Of a stretch of DNA of 32,000 nucleotides, positions 1 to 7,560 are shown in pieces (the first letter of the stretch is position 1; each line of letters starts with the position of its first letter). A program made the translations under genes and the position numbers. Source of the stretch: Erysipelotrichaceae bacterium (GTDB taxonomy: Bacteria > Bacillota_I > Bacilli_A > Erysipelotrichales > Coprobacillaceae); contig JAQVDW010000002.1 in the NCBI GenBank assembly GCA_028698185.1, positions 60,001-92,000 on the forward strand, given 5' to 3'. Under the pieces are notes generated by a model. That model did not search any database, was not told where the DNA came from, and saw only the letters and a program-made list of their open reading frames with translations.

Positions 1-28
1 AAAAAAGGCTCCCAGATAGTAGCCTTTT
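1..28 (-). terminator. Possible second (tandem) rho-independent terminator at the window edge
   Basis: The stem is aaggct (5-10) paired with agcctt (21-26), with a 10-nt loop. On the - strand the hairpin is followed by a U run encoded by a1-a6. It is weak and truncated by the window edge. Confidence 0.35.
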
Positions 29-80
29 GAGAGTTTTTCCGACAATACCCCAAAAAAACGGGAAATGACCGCCGTGGCAC

Positions 81-107
81 AAAAAAAGCCTGGCATTTGA
101 ACCAGGC
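81..107 (-). terminator. Rho-independent terminator of the desulfoferrodoxin gene
   Basis: The stem is gcctgg (88-93) paired with ccaggc (102-107), with an 8-nt loop. On the - strand it is followed by UUUUUUU (a81-a87). It lies 44 nt past the stop codon at 151. Confidence 0.8.
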
Positions 108-150
108 TCAATTCTTAAGAAATTTTTCCTAAAAAAAGATAAATCGGTTA

Positions 151-522
151 TTATAATTCTTTTTTCCACAAACCATGCAAGTTGCAATATTCATATACTG
201 CCAATGGTTTCTTTCCGGCAACATTGAAAGTCGCTTTTGGCGCTTCATTCGGTTTAAGATCTTTGCGATATGCGCCATCTTCCAATTCAACGACAATGAA
301 TTGGATGTAATGTTCTTCAGTCATCGGATGTTCAACCGAACCGACAACAACATCCAGAACATCGCCTTCAACAGTCGCAACCGGTACGTGTTTTTCCACA
401 GCCGCATCGACAGTGTTCGCTTTTAGCTCTTCCATTGGCTGGTCGCAACATACAAGTTGACCGCCGCCGCTTTTCACCAATTCCACAATATTTCCACAAA
501 CATTACACTTAAAAAATTTCAT
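151..522 (-). CDS. dfx: Desulfoferrodoxin (2Fe superoxide reductase)
   Basis: This is a 123-aa ORF. It has the N-terminal desulforedoxin Cys pattern (KCNVCGN ... LVCCDQPM). It also has neelaredoxin-type centre II ligands (EKHVP, EHPM, CNLHG). A GGAGG RBS (531-535) sits 8 nt before the ATG. Confidence 0.9.
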   Translation of the reverse strand: MKFFKCNVCGNIVELVKSGGGQLVCCDQPMEELKANTVDAAVEKHVPVATVEGDVLDVVVGSVEHPMTEEHYIQFIVVELEDGAYRKDLKPNEAPKATFNVAGKKPLAVYEYCNLHGLWKKEL

Positions 523-547
523 CAGAATTTCCTCCTTTTTTCACTTT

Positions 548-562
548 CTACAATAATTCTAG
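548..562 (-). promoter_or_regulatory. Candidate Fur-family (PerR-like) 7-1-7 box overlapping the -10 of the dfx promoter
   Basis: The - strand reads CTAGAAT-T-ATTGTAG. The half-sites are 6/7 symmetric, and the site matches 10 of 14 positions of the Bacillus PerR box TTATAAT-N-ATTATAA. TAGAAT, preceded by TGc, can serve as an extended -10 for dfx. Confidence 0.4.
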
Positions 563-696
563 CACCTTAAGTCGCTTTTTAAAAGCAATACGCTTAGTTT
601 TTTCATAATTGTGAAATTTCATATCTTGGAAAAAAGCGGATAATTTTTTTTATGCCGATACAATAATGCCATAAACTAAAGGAGGAATTTAACTAA

Positions 697-2076
697 ATGG
701 AAGGTGTAAAAATTGTTACAATCGGTGGGGGTAGTTCATATACTCCTGAATTAATGGAAGGTTTCATCAAACGATACGACGAATTGCCAATTCGTGAAAT
801 CTGGCTTGTCGATATCGAAGACGGAAAAGAAAAAATGGAAATCGTCGGGAAAATGGCCCAAAGAATGTGGGACGCATCTCCTTATGATGTAAAAGTTCAT
901 TTGACATTAGATCGCCGCGAAGCTTTAAAAGATGCTGACTTCGTCACTACTCAATTCCGCGTAGGTTTATTGAATGCCCGCATCAAAGACGAAAGAATCC
1001 CATTAAGCTATGGTATCATGGGACAAGAAACAAATGGTGCCGGAGGGATCTTCAAAGCATTGAGAACAATCCCTGTAATCTTGAGCATCGTTGAAGACAT
1101 GAAAGAATTATGTCCAAACGCATGGTTGGTAAACTTCACTAATCCATCTGGAATGGTTACTGAAGCAATCCTGAGATACGGTAAATGGGAAAAAGTTATC
1201 GGATTATGCAACGTTCCAGTTGGAGCAATGATGGCCGAACCTGAAATGCTTGGAATGAAGCTTGAAGACATGAACTACAAATTTGCCGGATTGAACCATT
1301 TCCACTGGCACAGAGTATTTGACAAAGCTGGAAACAACATCACTCAAAAAATCATCGACCGTATGTATGATACTGACGCTGGAATACCTGCAAATATCGC
1401 AGACTGCCCAATCACAAAAGAAATCGTTGACCAAATGCAAATGATTCCTTGCGGTTACCACCGTTACTACTACATGCAAACAGACATGTTGGAACATCTT
1501 TTGGAAGATTACAATGGAAAAGGTACTCGTGCCGAACAAGTTAAACAAACTGAAGCCGAACTGTTCGAACTATACAAAGACCCTAACCTGGATCACAAAC
1601 CAGAGCAATTGGCTAAACGTGGTGGGGCTCACTACTCTGATGCCGCTTGTGAAACAATCGCATCTATCTACGGTGATAAGAAAACCCATATCGTCGTTTC
1701 TACACGCAACAATGGTGCAATTCCTTTCTTGCCAGTTGACTGTGCAGTTGAAGTTTCAACTTACATGACAAGTGCCGGACCAATGCCAATCGCATGGGGA
1801 GACATGGACTACGCTTCAAAAGGTTGGCTTCAAGCTATGAAAAACATGGAACAAGCCACCATCGAGGCTGCTGTAACTGGTGATTACGGTTTATTGCTGC
1901 AAGCATTGACATTGAACCCTCAAGTCTCAGGTGGAACTACAACAAAACGTGTTTGTGACGAGTTGTTGATTGCCCACAAAAAATACCTGCCTCAATTCGC
2001 TGCTAAAATCGCAGAATTGGAAGCGGCAGGAATCACCGTTAAGGACGAAAAAGTTCAAGCAATCCTTGATAAATAA
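697..2076 (+). CDS. GH4 family 6-phospho-beta-glucosidase (LicH/ChbF/CelF type, NAD+/Mn2+ dependent)
   Basis: This is a 459-aa ORF. Its N-terminus, KIVTIGGGSSYTPELMEGFIKRYDELPIREIWLVDI, is the hallmark of LicH/ChbF. A GGAGG RBS lies at 681-685. Confidence 0.88.
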   Translation: MEGVKIVTIGGGSSYTPELMEGFIKRYDELPIREIWLVDIEDGKEKMEIVGKMAQRMWDASPYDVKVHLTLDRREALKDADFVTTQFRVGLLNARIKDERIPLSYGIMGQETNGAGGIFKALRTIPVILSIVEDMKELCPNAWLVNFTNPSGMVTEAILRYGKWEKVIGLCNVPVGAMMAEPEMLGMKLEDMNYKFAGLNHFHWHRVFDKAGNNITQKIIDRMYDTDAGIPANIADCPITKEIVDQMQMIPCGYHRYYYMQTDMLEHLLEDYNGKGTRAEQVKQTEAELFELYKDPNLDHKPEQLAKRGGAHYSDAACETIASIYGDKKTHIVVSTRNNGAIPFLPVDCAVEVSTYMTSAGPMPIAWGDMDYASKGWLQAMKNMEQATIEAAVTGDYGLLLQALTLNPQVSGGTTTKRVCDELLIAHKKYLPQFAAKIAELEAAGITVKDEKVQAILDK

Positions 2077-2126
2077 TCTTACTCTAAGTATAATTAAGTA
2101 ATATTTGAGAGATAAGGTGAGAATAA

Positions 2127-3338
2127 ATGAGTAAAACAACTAAATTAAATATCAATTATGGAATCGTCCAGGCCTTGTATTACAGCGCGCTTTGCGCAAT
2201 TTCAGGGTTCGCTTCGGTCTACATGCTTAACGCAGGGATCTCGAATTCCGTCATCGGCCTGTCACTGGCTTTGGCCAATGTCTTCGCCTTTGTGATTCAG
2301 CCCTTTATCGCGGCCTACCTCGACCAGCATAAAGAAATACCCATTTCCCGGGCAATTTCTTTAATGGTCCTGGCCATAATTGTCGCAAGCGGTCTGCTTT
2401 TTGTCTTCAAGAGTCCGATGTTCGTGACGGTATTTCAAATCACCATCATCACGATCGGCCTTTGCCTGATTCCTTTGATTAACACCTTGGCCTTTGCCTT
2501 TGAAAAGCATGGGATTGAACTTAACTTTTCAATCCCGCGCGGCATTGGCTCTGGTGCCTATGCGAGCGCATCGCTGTTTCTGGGTTGGTTTACCAGCCGT
2601 TACAATCCCAGCATGCTGCCACTGTTCTACATAATCTTCACTTCAACCATGCTGGTGAGCCTGCAGCAGTTCAAACTGCCAAAGGACAAAAATGCCCCAG
2701 TTGAAGATGATGGGACCGTTCAAGAAGTCCAACATAATGAAATGTCGCTTGGCAAATTTGTGATGGAATACAAGATGTTCATGGTCGTCCTGGCTGGCTG
2801 CTTTTTGATCTATATCAGTCACTTGGTCGTAAACAACTTCGCATTCCAGATCATAAGTAATGTCGGTGGCAACTCCGGAAATATGGGAATTGCCGTTTCA
2901 ATTGCCGCATACGTGGAAATTCCGGTAATGTTCCTATTCAGCAAGATCAAAAGAAGGTTCAGTTTGAACACCCTCTTCATCTTCTCGGGTGTGATGTTCG
3001 TGGTCAAGACAGCAGTGACATGGCTGGCTCCAAGTGTCGGTTTCATTTACTTTGCCCAAGTGCTGCAAATGTTTGCCTATGCGCCGTTTATCCTGTGCAC
3101 GGTTTATTATGTCAACGAAGCGATCAATCCGGCCGACAAGGTCAAAGGTCAATCATTCATGACAATGGCCATGACACTTTCAGGTATTGTCGCCTCTTTG
3201 GCAAGCGGTGTGCTAATCGACAGCGTCGGAGTCAAAATGTTGCTTCTATATACGACAACCTTGACGATTGGTGGGATGGTGATCTTTGTCGCCGGTATCA
3301 TGGCCAACCGCTCGAATCTTATTTACAACAAAGACTGA
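2127..3338 (+). CDS. MFS-type transporter (about 12 TM), substrate unknown
   Basis: This 403-aa ORF is hydrophobic throughout, with a central hydrophilic loop (KLPKDKNAPVEDDGTVQEV) typical of the 6+6 MFS topology. It starts 50 nt after the GH4 gene with no intervening terminator. The RBS is aaggtgag. Confidence 0.7.
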   Translation: MSKTTKLNINYGIVQALYYSALCAISGFASVYMLNAGISNSVIGLSLALANVFAFVIQPFIAAYLDQHKEIPISRAISLMVLAIIVASGLLFVFKSPMFVTVFQITIITIGLCLIPLINTLAFAFEKHGIELNFSIPRGIGSGAYASASLFLGWFTSRYNPSMLPLFYIIFTSTMLVSLQQFKLPKDKNAPVEDDGTVQEVQHNEMSLGKFVMEYKMFMVVLAGCFLIYISHLVVNNFAFQIISNVGGNSGNMGIAVSIAAYVEIPVMFLFSKIKRRFSLNTLFIFSGVMFVVKTAVTWLAPSVGFIYFAQVLQMFAYAPFILCTVYYVNEAINPADKVKGQSFMTMAMTLSGIVASLASGVLIDSVGVKMLLLYTTTLTIGGMVIFVAGIMANRSNLIYNKD

Positions 3339-3354
3339 CAATCAAATATTACGT

Positions 3355-3384
3355 AAAAAGGTGAGAAAATTTCTCACCTTTTTT
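3355..3384. terminator. Bidirectional rho-independent terminator shared by the convergent MFS gene and the small membrane protein gene
   Basis: The stem is ggtgagaaa paired with tttctcacc (3360-3378). It is flanked by an A run (3355-3359) and a T run (3379-3384). Confidence 0.85.
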
Positions 3385-3709
3385 AATTGTGCAGAAGATT
3401 CGCGATCACCAGGACAAGGATCCCCAATAAAATATAGGCACCAAAACCGATGACCAGGAAAACGAGCACCGAACGTTCCTTGTCTTTGGTTACTGCCTTG
3501 ATCCCATAGTAACCAGCACCGATAGCTATGCAAAACGCCAGATAAATGACCGTCCCCAAGAAAGGTCTGTTGAGAGGAGTGGGATACTCGATTTGGTTAC
3601 CCAGATATGCCGAAAGCCTGTTGGCAACAATGCCCAGTATCCCGAAAATGACAAATAGACCAACCGATTTCTTGCCCCTTGAAGTTTTGGGCAACACCGA
3701 AACACGCAT
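3383..3709 (-). CDS. Small hypothetical membrane protein (108 aa, about 3 TM)
   Basis: The ORF-track entry is 3383..3748. I moved the start to the ATG at 3709 because an AGAGGTGG RBS lies 6 nt upstream of it. In addition, a near-consensus promoter sits inside the longer ORF call. I recognise no family. Confidence 0.55.
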   Translation of the reverse strand: MRVSVLPKTSRGKKSVGLFVIFGILGIVANRLSAYLGNQIEYPTPLNRPFLGTVIYLAFCIAIGAGYYGIKAVTKDKERSVLVFLVIGFGAYILLGILVLVIANLLHN

Positions 3710-3733
3710 ATACGCCACCTCTTTTTCAATTAA

Positions 3734-3762
3734 ATTATACTCTCCCATCCGAGATGTTACAA
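3734..3762 (-). promoter_or_regulatory. Sigma-A type promoter for the small membrane protein gene
   Basis: On the - strand the -35 is TTGTAA (3757-3762) and the -10 is TATAAT (3734-3739), separated by 17 nt. Confidence 0.55.
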
Positions 3763-3782
3763 GTCCGTCATTTTGATTGCAT

Positions 3783-3830
3783 AAAAAAAGACACCGCTGG
3801 ATCGGTTCAATCCGATTAAGGGGTGTCTTT
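3783..3830 (-). terminator. Rho-independent terminator of the acn-icd-gntR operon
   Basis: The outer stem is aaagacacc (3787-3795) paired with ggtgtcttt (3822-3830). It encloses an inner atcgg/ccgat stem. On the - strand a U run follows (a3783-a3789). It begins 8 nt after the GntR stop codon. Confidence 0.7.
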
Positions 3831-3837
3831 CATTTAA

Positions 3838-4512
3838 TTAGTGGTCCTTGCTTTCGTAATAGTGCTTAACCAGAAATTGTGTCTTCCGGATATGTTTCTT
3901 TACTTTTTCGACTGCCCGTTTCTTGTCTCCGGCCAGAATAGCTTCATAGATTTCTCGATGCTCGATTGCAGCCGAATCCAGACGGTTCGGTTGTTTGATC
4001 GAATGACGTGAAGTCACATGGATATAATAATTTATATCCCGCAACAACTGTTCGAAATATTGAGACTGGGTACCTTTGTAAATCGATTCATGAAAAGCGA
4101 TGTTCGCATCGTTGAATTTATCCTGATCGCGAACCTTAGACGCTTCTTCCATAGCCAAGTAAGCCTCTTTGATTTTGTCCAACTGAACGGAATTGATTCT
4201 TTCAATCGCCAATTCTACCGCCAAAGCCTCCAAGACATAACGGATTTCCAACATGTCATTGATATCACGATGGGAAAAACCAATTACGAAAACGCCCTTG
4301 TTAGGTTCCGAGCGAACCAAACCTTCAAGCTCGAGCTGTTTCAACGCTTCACGAATCGGAGTTCTTGATATTTCCAATTCCTTTGACAAGGCTACCTCGT
4401 TTAACTTTTGCCCCTTGGCATACTCCTCATTAAGAATCCGATCGCGCAGGATATTGAAGATTTTGTTACCCAACGAGCCGTGACCCGTATTTTCCAAAAT
4501 GGCTTTTTTCAT
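3838..4512 (-). CDS. GntR-family transcriptional regulator, FadR/FCD subfamily
   Basis: This is a 224-aa ORF. It has an N-terminal winged HTH (LNEVALSKELEISRTPIREALKQLELEGLV) and an all-helical C-terminal FCD-like domain. It starts 3 nt after the icd stop, so it is the last gene of the operon. Confidence 0.85.
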   Translation of the reverse strand: MKKAILENTGHGSLGNKIFNILRDRILNEEYAKGQKLNEVALSKELEISRTPIREALKQLELEGLVRSEPNKGVFVIGFSHRDINDMLEIRYVLEALAVELAIERINSVQLDKIKEAYLAMEEASKVRDQDKFNDANIAFHESIYKGTQSQYFEQLLRDINYYIHVTSRHSIKQPNRLDSAAIEHREIYEAILAGDKKRAVEKVKKHIRKTQFLVKHYYESKDH

Positions 4513-4515
4513 GGT

Positions 4516-5508
4516 TTAGAACCTTTCGATTATTGCTTGGGTGAATTCTTGTGTTGTCGCAGCTCCTCCGATGTCGCTGGTAACCACATCTCCCTTAGCT
4601 ACTGTATCAATGATCGCATCACGAAGTTTTTTGGCATTGGCCTTGTCACCCATGTCTTCAATCATTAATGCAAATGCCAGCAACAACGCACTTGGGTTTG
4701 CTTTGTTTTGACCAGCGATATCCGGAGCCGAACCATGAACCGCTTCATAGATTCGATAGTCGTCACCGATGTTCCCTGAAGGTGCGAATCCAAGACCTCC
4801 GATAAGACCGGCACATAAATCGGAAACGATATCCCCATAAAGGTTTGGTGCAACCAGCACGTCGTAATTTTCCGGACGGATAACCAACTGCATGCACATG
4901 TTGTCAACGATTACCGCTTCGCTGGCGATTTCTGGATATTCCTTGGCAACATCATTGAATGATTCAAGGAACAGTCCGTCAGTAAATTTCATGATGTTTG
5001 CCTTATGAACGCAAGTGACTTTCTTGCGGCCGTTGCTACGCGCATAATCGAATGCATAGCGTGCGATTTTCTCGCTCGCCTGACGGGTGATCAGTTTGAT
5101 TCCGTGAGCGACATCATCACCGATCTTGTATTCGATTCCCTTGTACAAATCTTCAGTATTTTCACGGATGATGACAAGATCGATATTGTCATAACGTGAA
5201 TTTGTACCTGGAATCGATTTGATCGGACGGACGTTGGCATAAGTTTCAAATTTTTGTCTTAAAGCCACATTCACCGAACGGAATCCGGTTCCGATTGGTG
5301 TCGCAGTAGGACCTTTCAAAGCCCATTTATGTTCCTGGATAGCTTCAACCAGACCTGGTTCGAAAACTTCCTTTGTATCCGCAGCATATTCAGCTCCGGC
5401 ATCGTATTTTAGCCACTCAATATCCAAATTCAGGGCTTTAGTAACAGCTTCAACGCTTTGTGATATTTCTTTACCTATTCCGTCTCCCGGGATCAATACT
5501 GCCTTCAT
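4516..5508 (-). CDS. icd: Isocitrate/isopropylmalate dehydrogenase family protein, probably isocitrate dehydrogenase
   Basis: This is a 330-aa ORF. It carries family motifs LIPGDGIGKEI, IIRENTEDLY, NLYGDIVSDL and GSAPDIAG. Its ATG overlaps the aconitase stop codon by 1 nt (TAATG). The substrate is inferred from the aconitase neighbour. Confidence 0.75.
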   Translation of the reverse strand: MKAVLIPGDGIGKEISQSVEAVTKALNLDIEWLKYDAGAEYAADTKEVFEPGLVEAIQEHKWALKGPTATPIGTGFRSVNVALRQKFETYANVRPIKSIPGTNSRYDNIDLVIIRENTEDLYKGIEYKIGDDVAHGIKLITRQASEKIARYAFDYARSNGRKKVTCVHKANIMKFTDGLFLESFNDVAKEYPEIASEAVIVDNMCMQLVIRPENYDVLVAPNLYGDIVSDLCAGLIGGLGFAPSGNIGDDYRIYEAVHGSAPDIAGQNKANPSALLLAFALMIEDMGDKANAKKLRDAIIDTVAKGDVVTSDIGGAATTQEFTQAIIERF

Positions 5509-7433
5509 TAAAAGTCTCCTCCAATTTCCTTAATCGCATTCAACAAACCACCAAATTCAATCATCGTTTTTTCACGAGGGGTAACTTCCAATTTACCTTC
5601 GATATATGCTCCGGTAGCAACGTTATTGATTGTCACTTTGCCAGTACCATTCAATGCCGCGAAGATACCTTCGATTTTGTATTCATCATTCAATGTGAAG
5701 AAATCTTGTTCCTCTTCCTTGATGACGATTGGCAGAATTCCATTGTTGATCAGGTTTGAGCGGTGGATACGTGCGAATGATACTGCGATAACCGCTCTGA
5801 TTTTCAAATGGTTAGGAACCAGGGCGGCATGTTCACGTGATGATCCTTGACCGTAGTTGTCACCACCGACAATGAACCCACCACCTGCGTTGATTGCACG
5901 GTCGTAGAATTCAGGATCAACTTTAGAGAACGAGAATTTTGCCAAATGAGGCACATTTGAACGGAATGGCAACAGCTTGCTGTCAGAAGGAACGATATGG
6001 TCAGTAGAGATATTGTCTCCGACTTTCAAAACGACTTTTCCCTGAAGATTGTCTTCAGCCTTTTCACCTCGAGGAACCGGTTTGATGTTAGGTCCCATGT
6101 AAACTTCGTGCTTTGGATCATATTCATCGATGAAGTAATTTGGATTCTTGATGAATTCAACGTTTTCAACAACATCCAGATACATGTCATCTTCAAACTC
6201 GGTGCTCATATAACCTTTGATTGCGCTAAGTGCCGCAATTTCCGGTGAAACAAGGTAAACTTCGGCATCGTTCGTACCTGAACGTCCCTTGAAGTTACGG
6301 TTGATTGTTCTTAAAGACACACCTTTTGAAAGTGGCGCTTGACCCATCCCGATACATGGACCGCATCCGCATTCAAGGATTCTCGCCCCTGCCTGGATCA
6401 TGTCTTGAAGCGCTCCATTGGCTGAAAGCATAGCCAAGATTGATGATGAACCAGGTGCAATTACCAAAGACACATCATTGTTGACACGTTTGCCTTTTAG
6501 GATTTTGGCAGCACGCATCATATCCGCATATGAAGAGTTTGTACATGAACCGATAACCACTTGGTTGATTTTCATTCCTTCCAATGATTTCGCTGTAACG
6601 ACATTGTCAGGGTTGTGTGGTTTGGCTACCATTGGTTCCAATACCGCCATATCGATTTCCAACACTTCATCATAAGTCGCATCTTCATCAGCTTGGATTT
6701 GGACATAATCAGCTTCACGGTCTTGCTGTTTTAGATATTCAAGAGTGTTTTCATCTGTAGGGAAGATTGAAGTCGTCGCTCCAAGTTCAGCCCCCATGTT
6801 ACAGATTGTTGCACGGTCAGTAAGTGACAGATTTTTGATTCCCTCTCCTGAATACTCGACAATCTTGTTTGTTCCACCTTTTACAGTAAGGATTTCAAGA
6901 ATTTTCAAAATCACGTCTTTTGCAGAAACCCAAGGCGCTTTTTCGCCAACCAGTTTGATGTTCAGGACACTTGGACATTGCAGATAGTATTTACCTGTTG
7001 CCATCGCCACAGCGACGTCAAGTCCCCCGGCTCCAATGGCGATCATTCCCATAGCGCCGCATGTTGGCGTATGTGAATCCGAACCTACCAGTGTTTGACC
7101 CGGTTTGGAGAAGTTTTCCAATTGCAACTGATGGCATACACCATTCCCTGGACGTGAGAAAACGATCCCATGTCTCTTTGCCACTGAACGGATGAATTCA
7201 TGGTCATCCATATTTTCAAAACCTGTCTGCAACATGTTGTGGTCAATGTAAGCAACAGCCTTTTTTACTGCTACGTGATCGACACCCATTGCTTCCAATT
7301 GTAGATATGCCATTGTTCCGGTTGAATCCTGAGTCAGAGTTTGATCAATTTCAATCCCGATTCCTGTTCCTGGAACTAATTCTCCAGATACCAATTTTTC
7401 ACTTAATATTTTGTACGCTAAACTTTTACCCAT
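5508..7433 (-). CDS. Aconitate hydratase (about 640-aa single-chain aconitase family protein)
   Basis: Fe-S cluster and substrate motifs are present (GSDSHT, CGCGPCIGMG, GDNYGQGSSREHAAL in the swivel domain). The ORF-track start at 7457 is a TTG inside a palindrome. The real start is the ATG at 7433 (MGKSLAYK), 6 nt after an AGGAGG RBS (7441-7446). Confidence 0.85.
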   Translation of the reverse strand: MGKSLAYKILSEKLVSGELVPGTGIGIEIDQTLTQDSTGTMAYLQLEAMGVDHVAVKKAVAYIDHNMLQTGFENMDDHEFIRSVAKRHGIVFSRPGNGVCHQLQLENFSKPGQTLVGSDSHTPTCGAMGMIAIGAGGLDVAVAMATGKYYLQCPSVLNIKLVGEKAPWVSAKDVILKILEILTVKGGTNKIVEYSGEGIKNLSLTDRATICNMGAELGATTSIFPTDENTLEYLKQQDREADYVQIQADEDATYDEVLEIDMAVLEPMVAKPHNPDNVVTAKSLEGMKINQVVIGSCTNSSYADMMRAAKILKGKRVNNDVSLVIAPGSSSILAMLSANGALQDMIQAGARILECGCGPCIGMGQAPLSKGVSLRTINRNFKGRSGTNDAEVYLVSPEIAALSAIKGYMSTEFEDDMYLDVVENVEFIKNPNYFIDEYDPKHEVYMGPNIKPVPRGEKAEDNLQGKVVLKVGDNISTDHIVPSDSKLLPFRSNVPHLAKFSFSKVDPEFYDRAINAGGGFIVGGDNYGQGSSREHAALVPNHLKIRAVIAVSFARIHRSNLINNGILPIVIKEEEQDFFTLNDEYKIEGIFAALNGTGKVTINNVATGAYIEGKLEVTPREKTMIEFGGLLNAIKEIGGDF

Positions 7434-7445
7434 ACTATACCTCCT

Positions 7446-7499
7446 AATTGTATACAATTATAGTATACAACTTTAGATTTTTCAAGGATTTGTATACAA
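7446..7499. promoter_or_regulatory. Array of three TTGTATACAA palindromic operator-like sites
   Basis: Exact TTGTATACAA occurs at 7448-7457, embedded in the 14-bp palindrome AATTGTATACAATT (7446-7459). A second exact copy lies at 7490-7499. A 9/10 copy, TAGTATACAA, lies at 7461-7470. The sites lie upstream of the -35, inside the spacer, and over the -10/+1 of the promoter above. Confidence 0.6.
7457..7485 (-). promoter_or_regulatory. Near-consensus sigma-A promoter of the acn-icd-gntR operon
   Basis: On the - strand the -35 is TTGAAA (7480-7485) and the -10 is TATAAT (7457-7462), separated by 17 nt. Confidence 0.65.
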
Positions 7500-7560
7500 T
7501 TAATCAAGTTATTTTAGCAATAGCCTTTTTTTTGTGATAAAATAAGCCGAGGTGACAAAA

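Noticed and set aside
585-598. cre-like sequence GCAATACGCTTAGT in the dfx/GH4 divergent region
   Set aside because: Only the central CG and a few flanking positions fit TGWNANCGNTNWCA. Both the outer TG and the outer CA are wrong. It is not better than chance.
7434-7457. N-terminal extensions of aconitase (MYTIRRYS-) and of glnN (13702-13737, MYTTNKSSGGKQ-) in the ORF track
   Set aside because: Both 'starts' are the TTG of the TTGTATACAA palindrome, and both extensions read through the AGGAGG RBS of the downstream ATG. They are artefacts of longest-ORF calling. The same logic applies to the trimmed starts of bcp, GH1, HutC paralogue 2, the GyrI-like protein, ppiB, rlmA, arsR and the trx-like gene.
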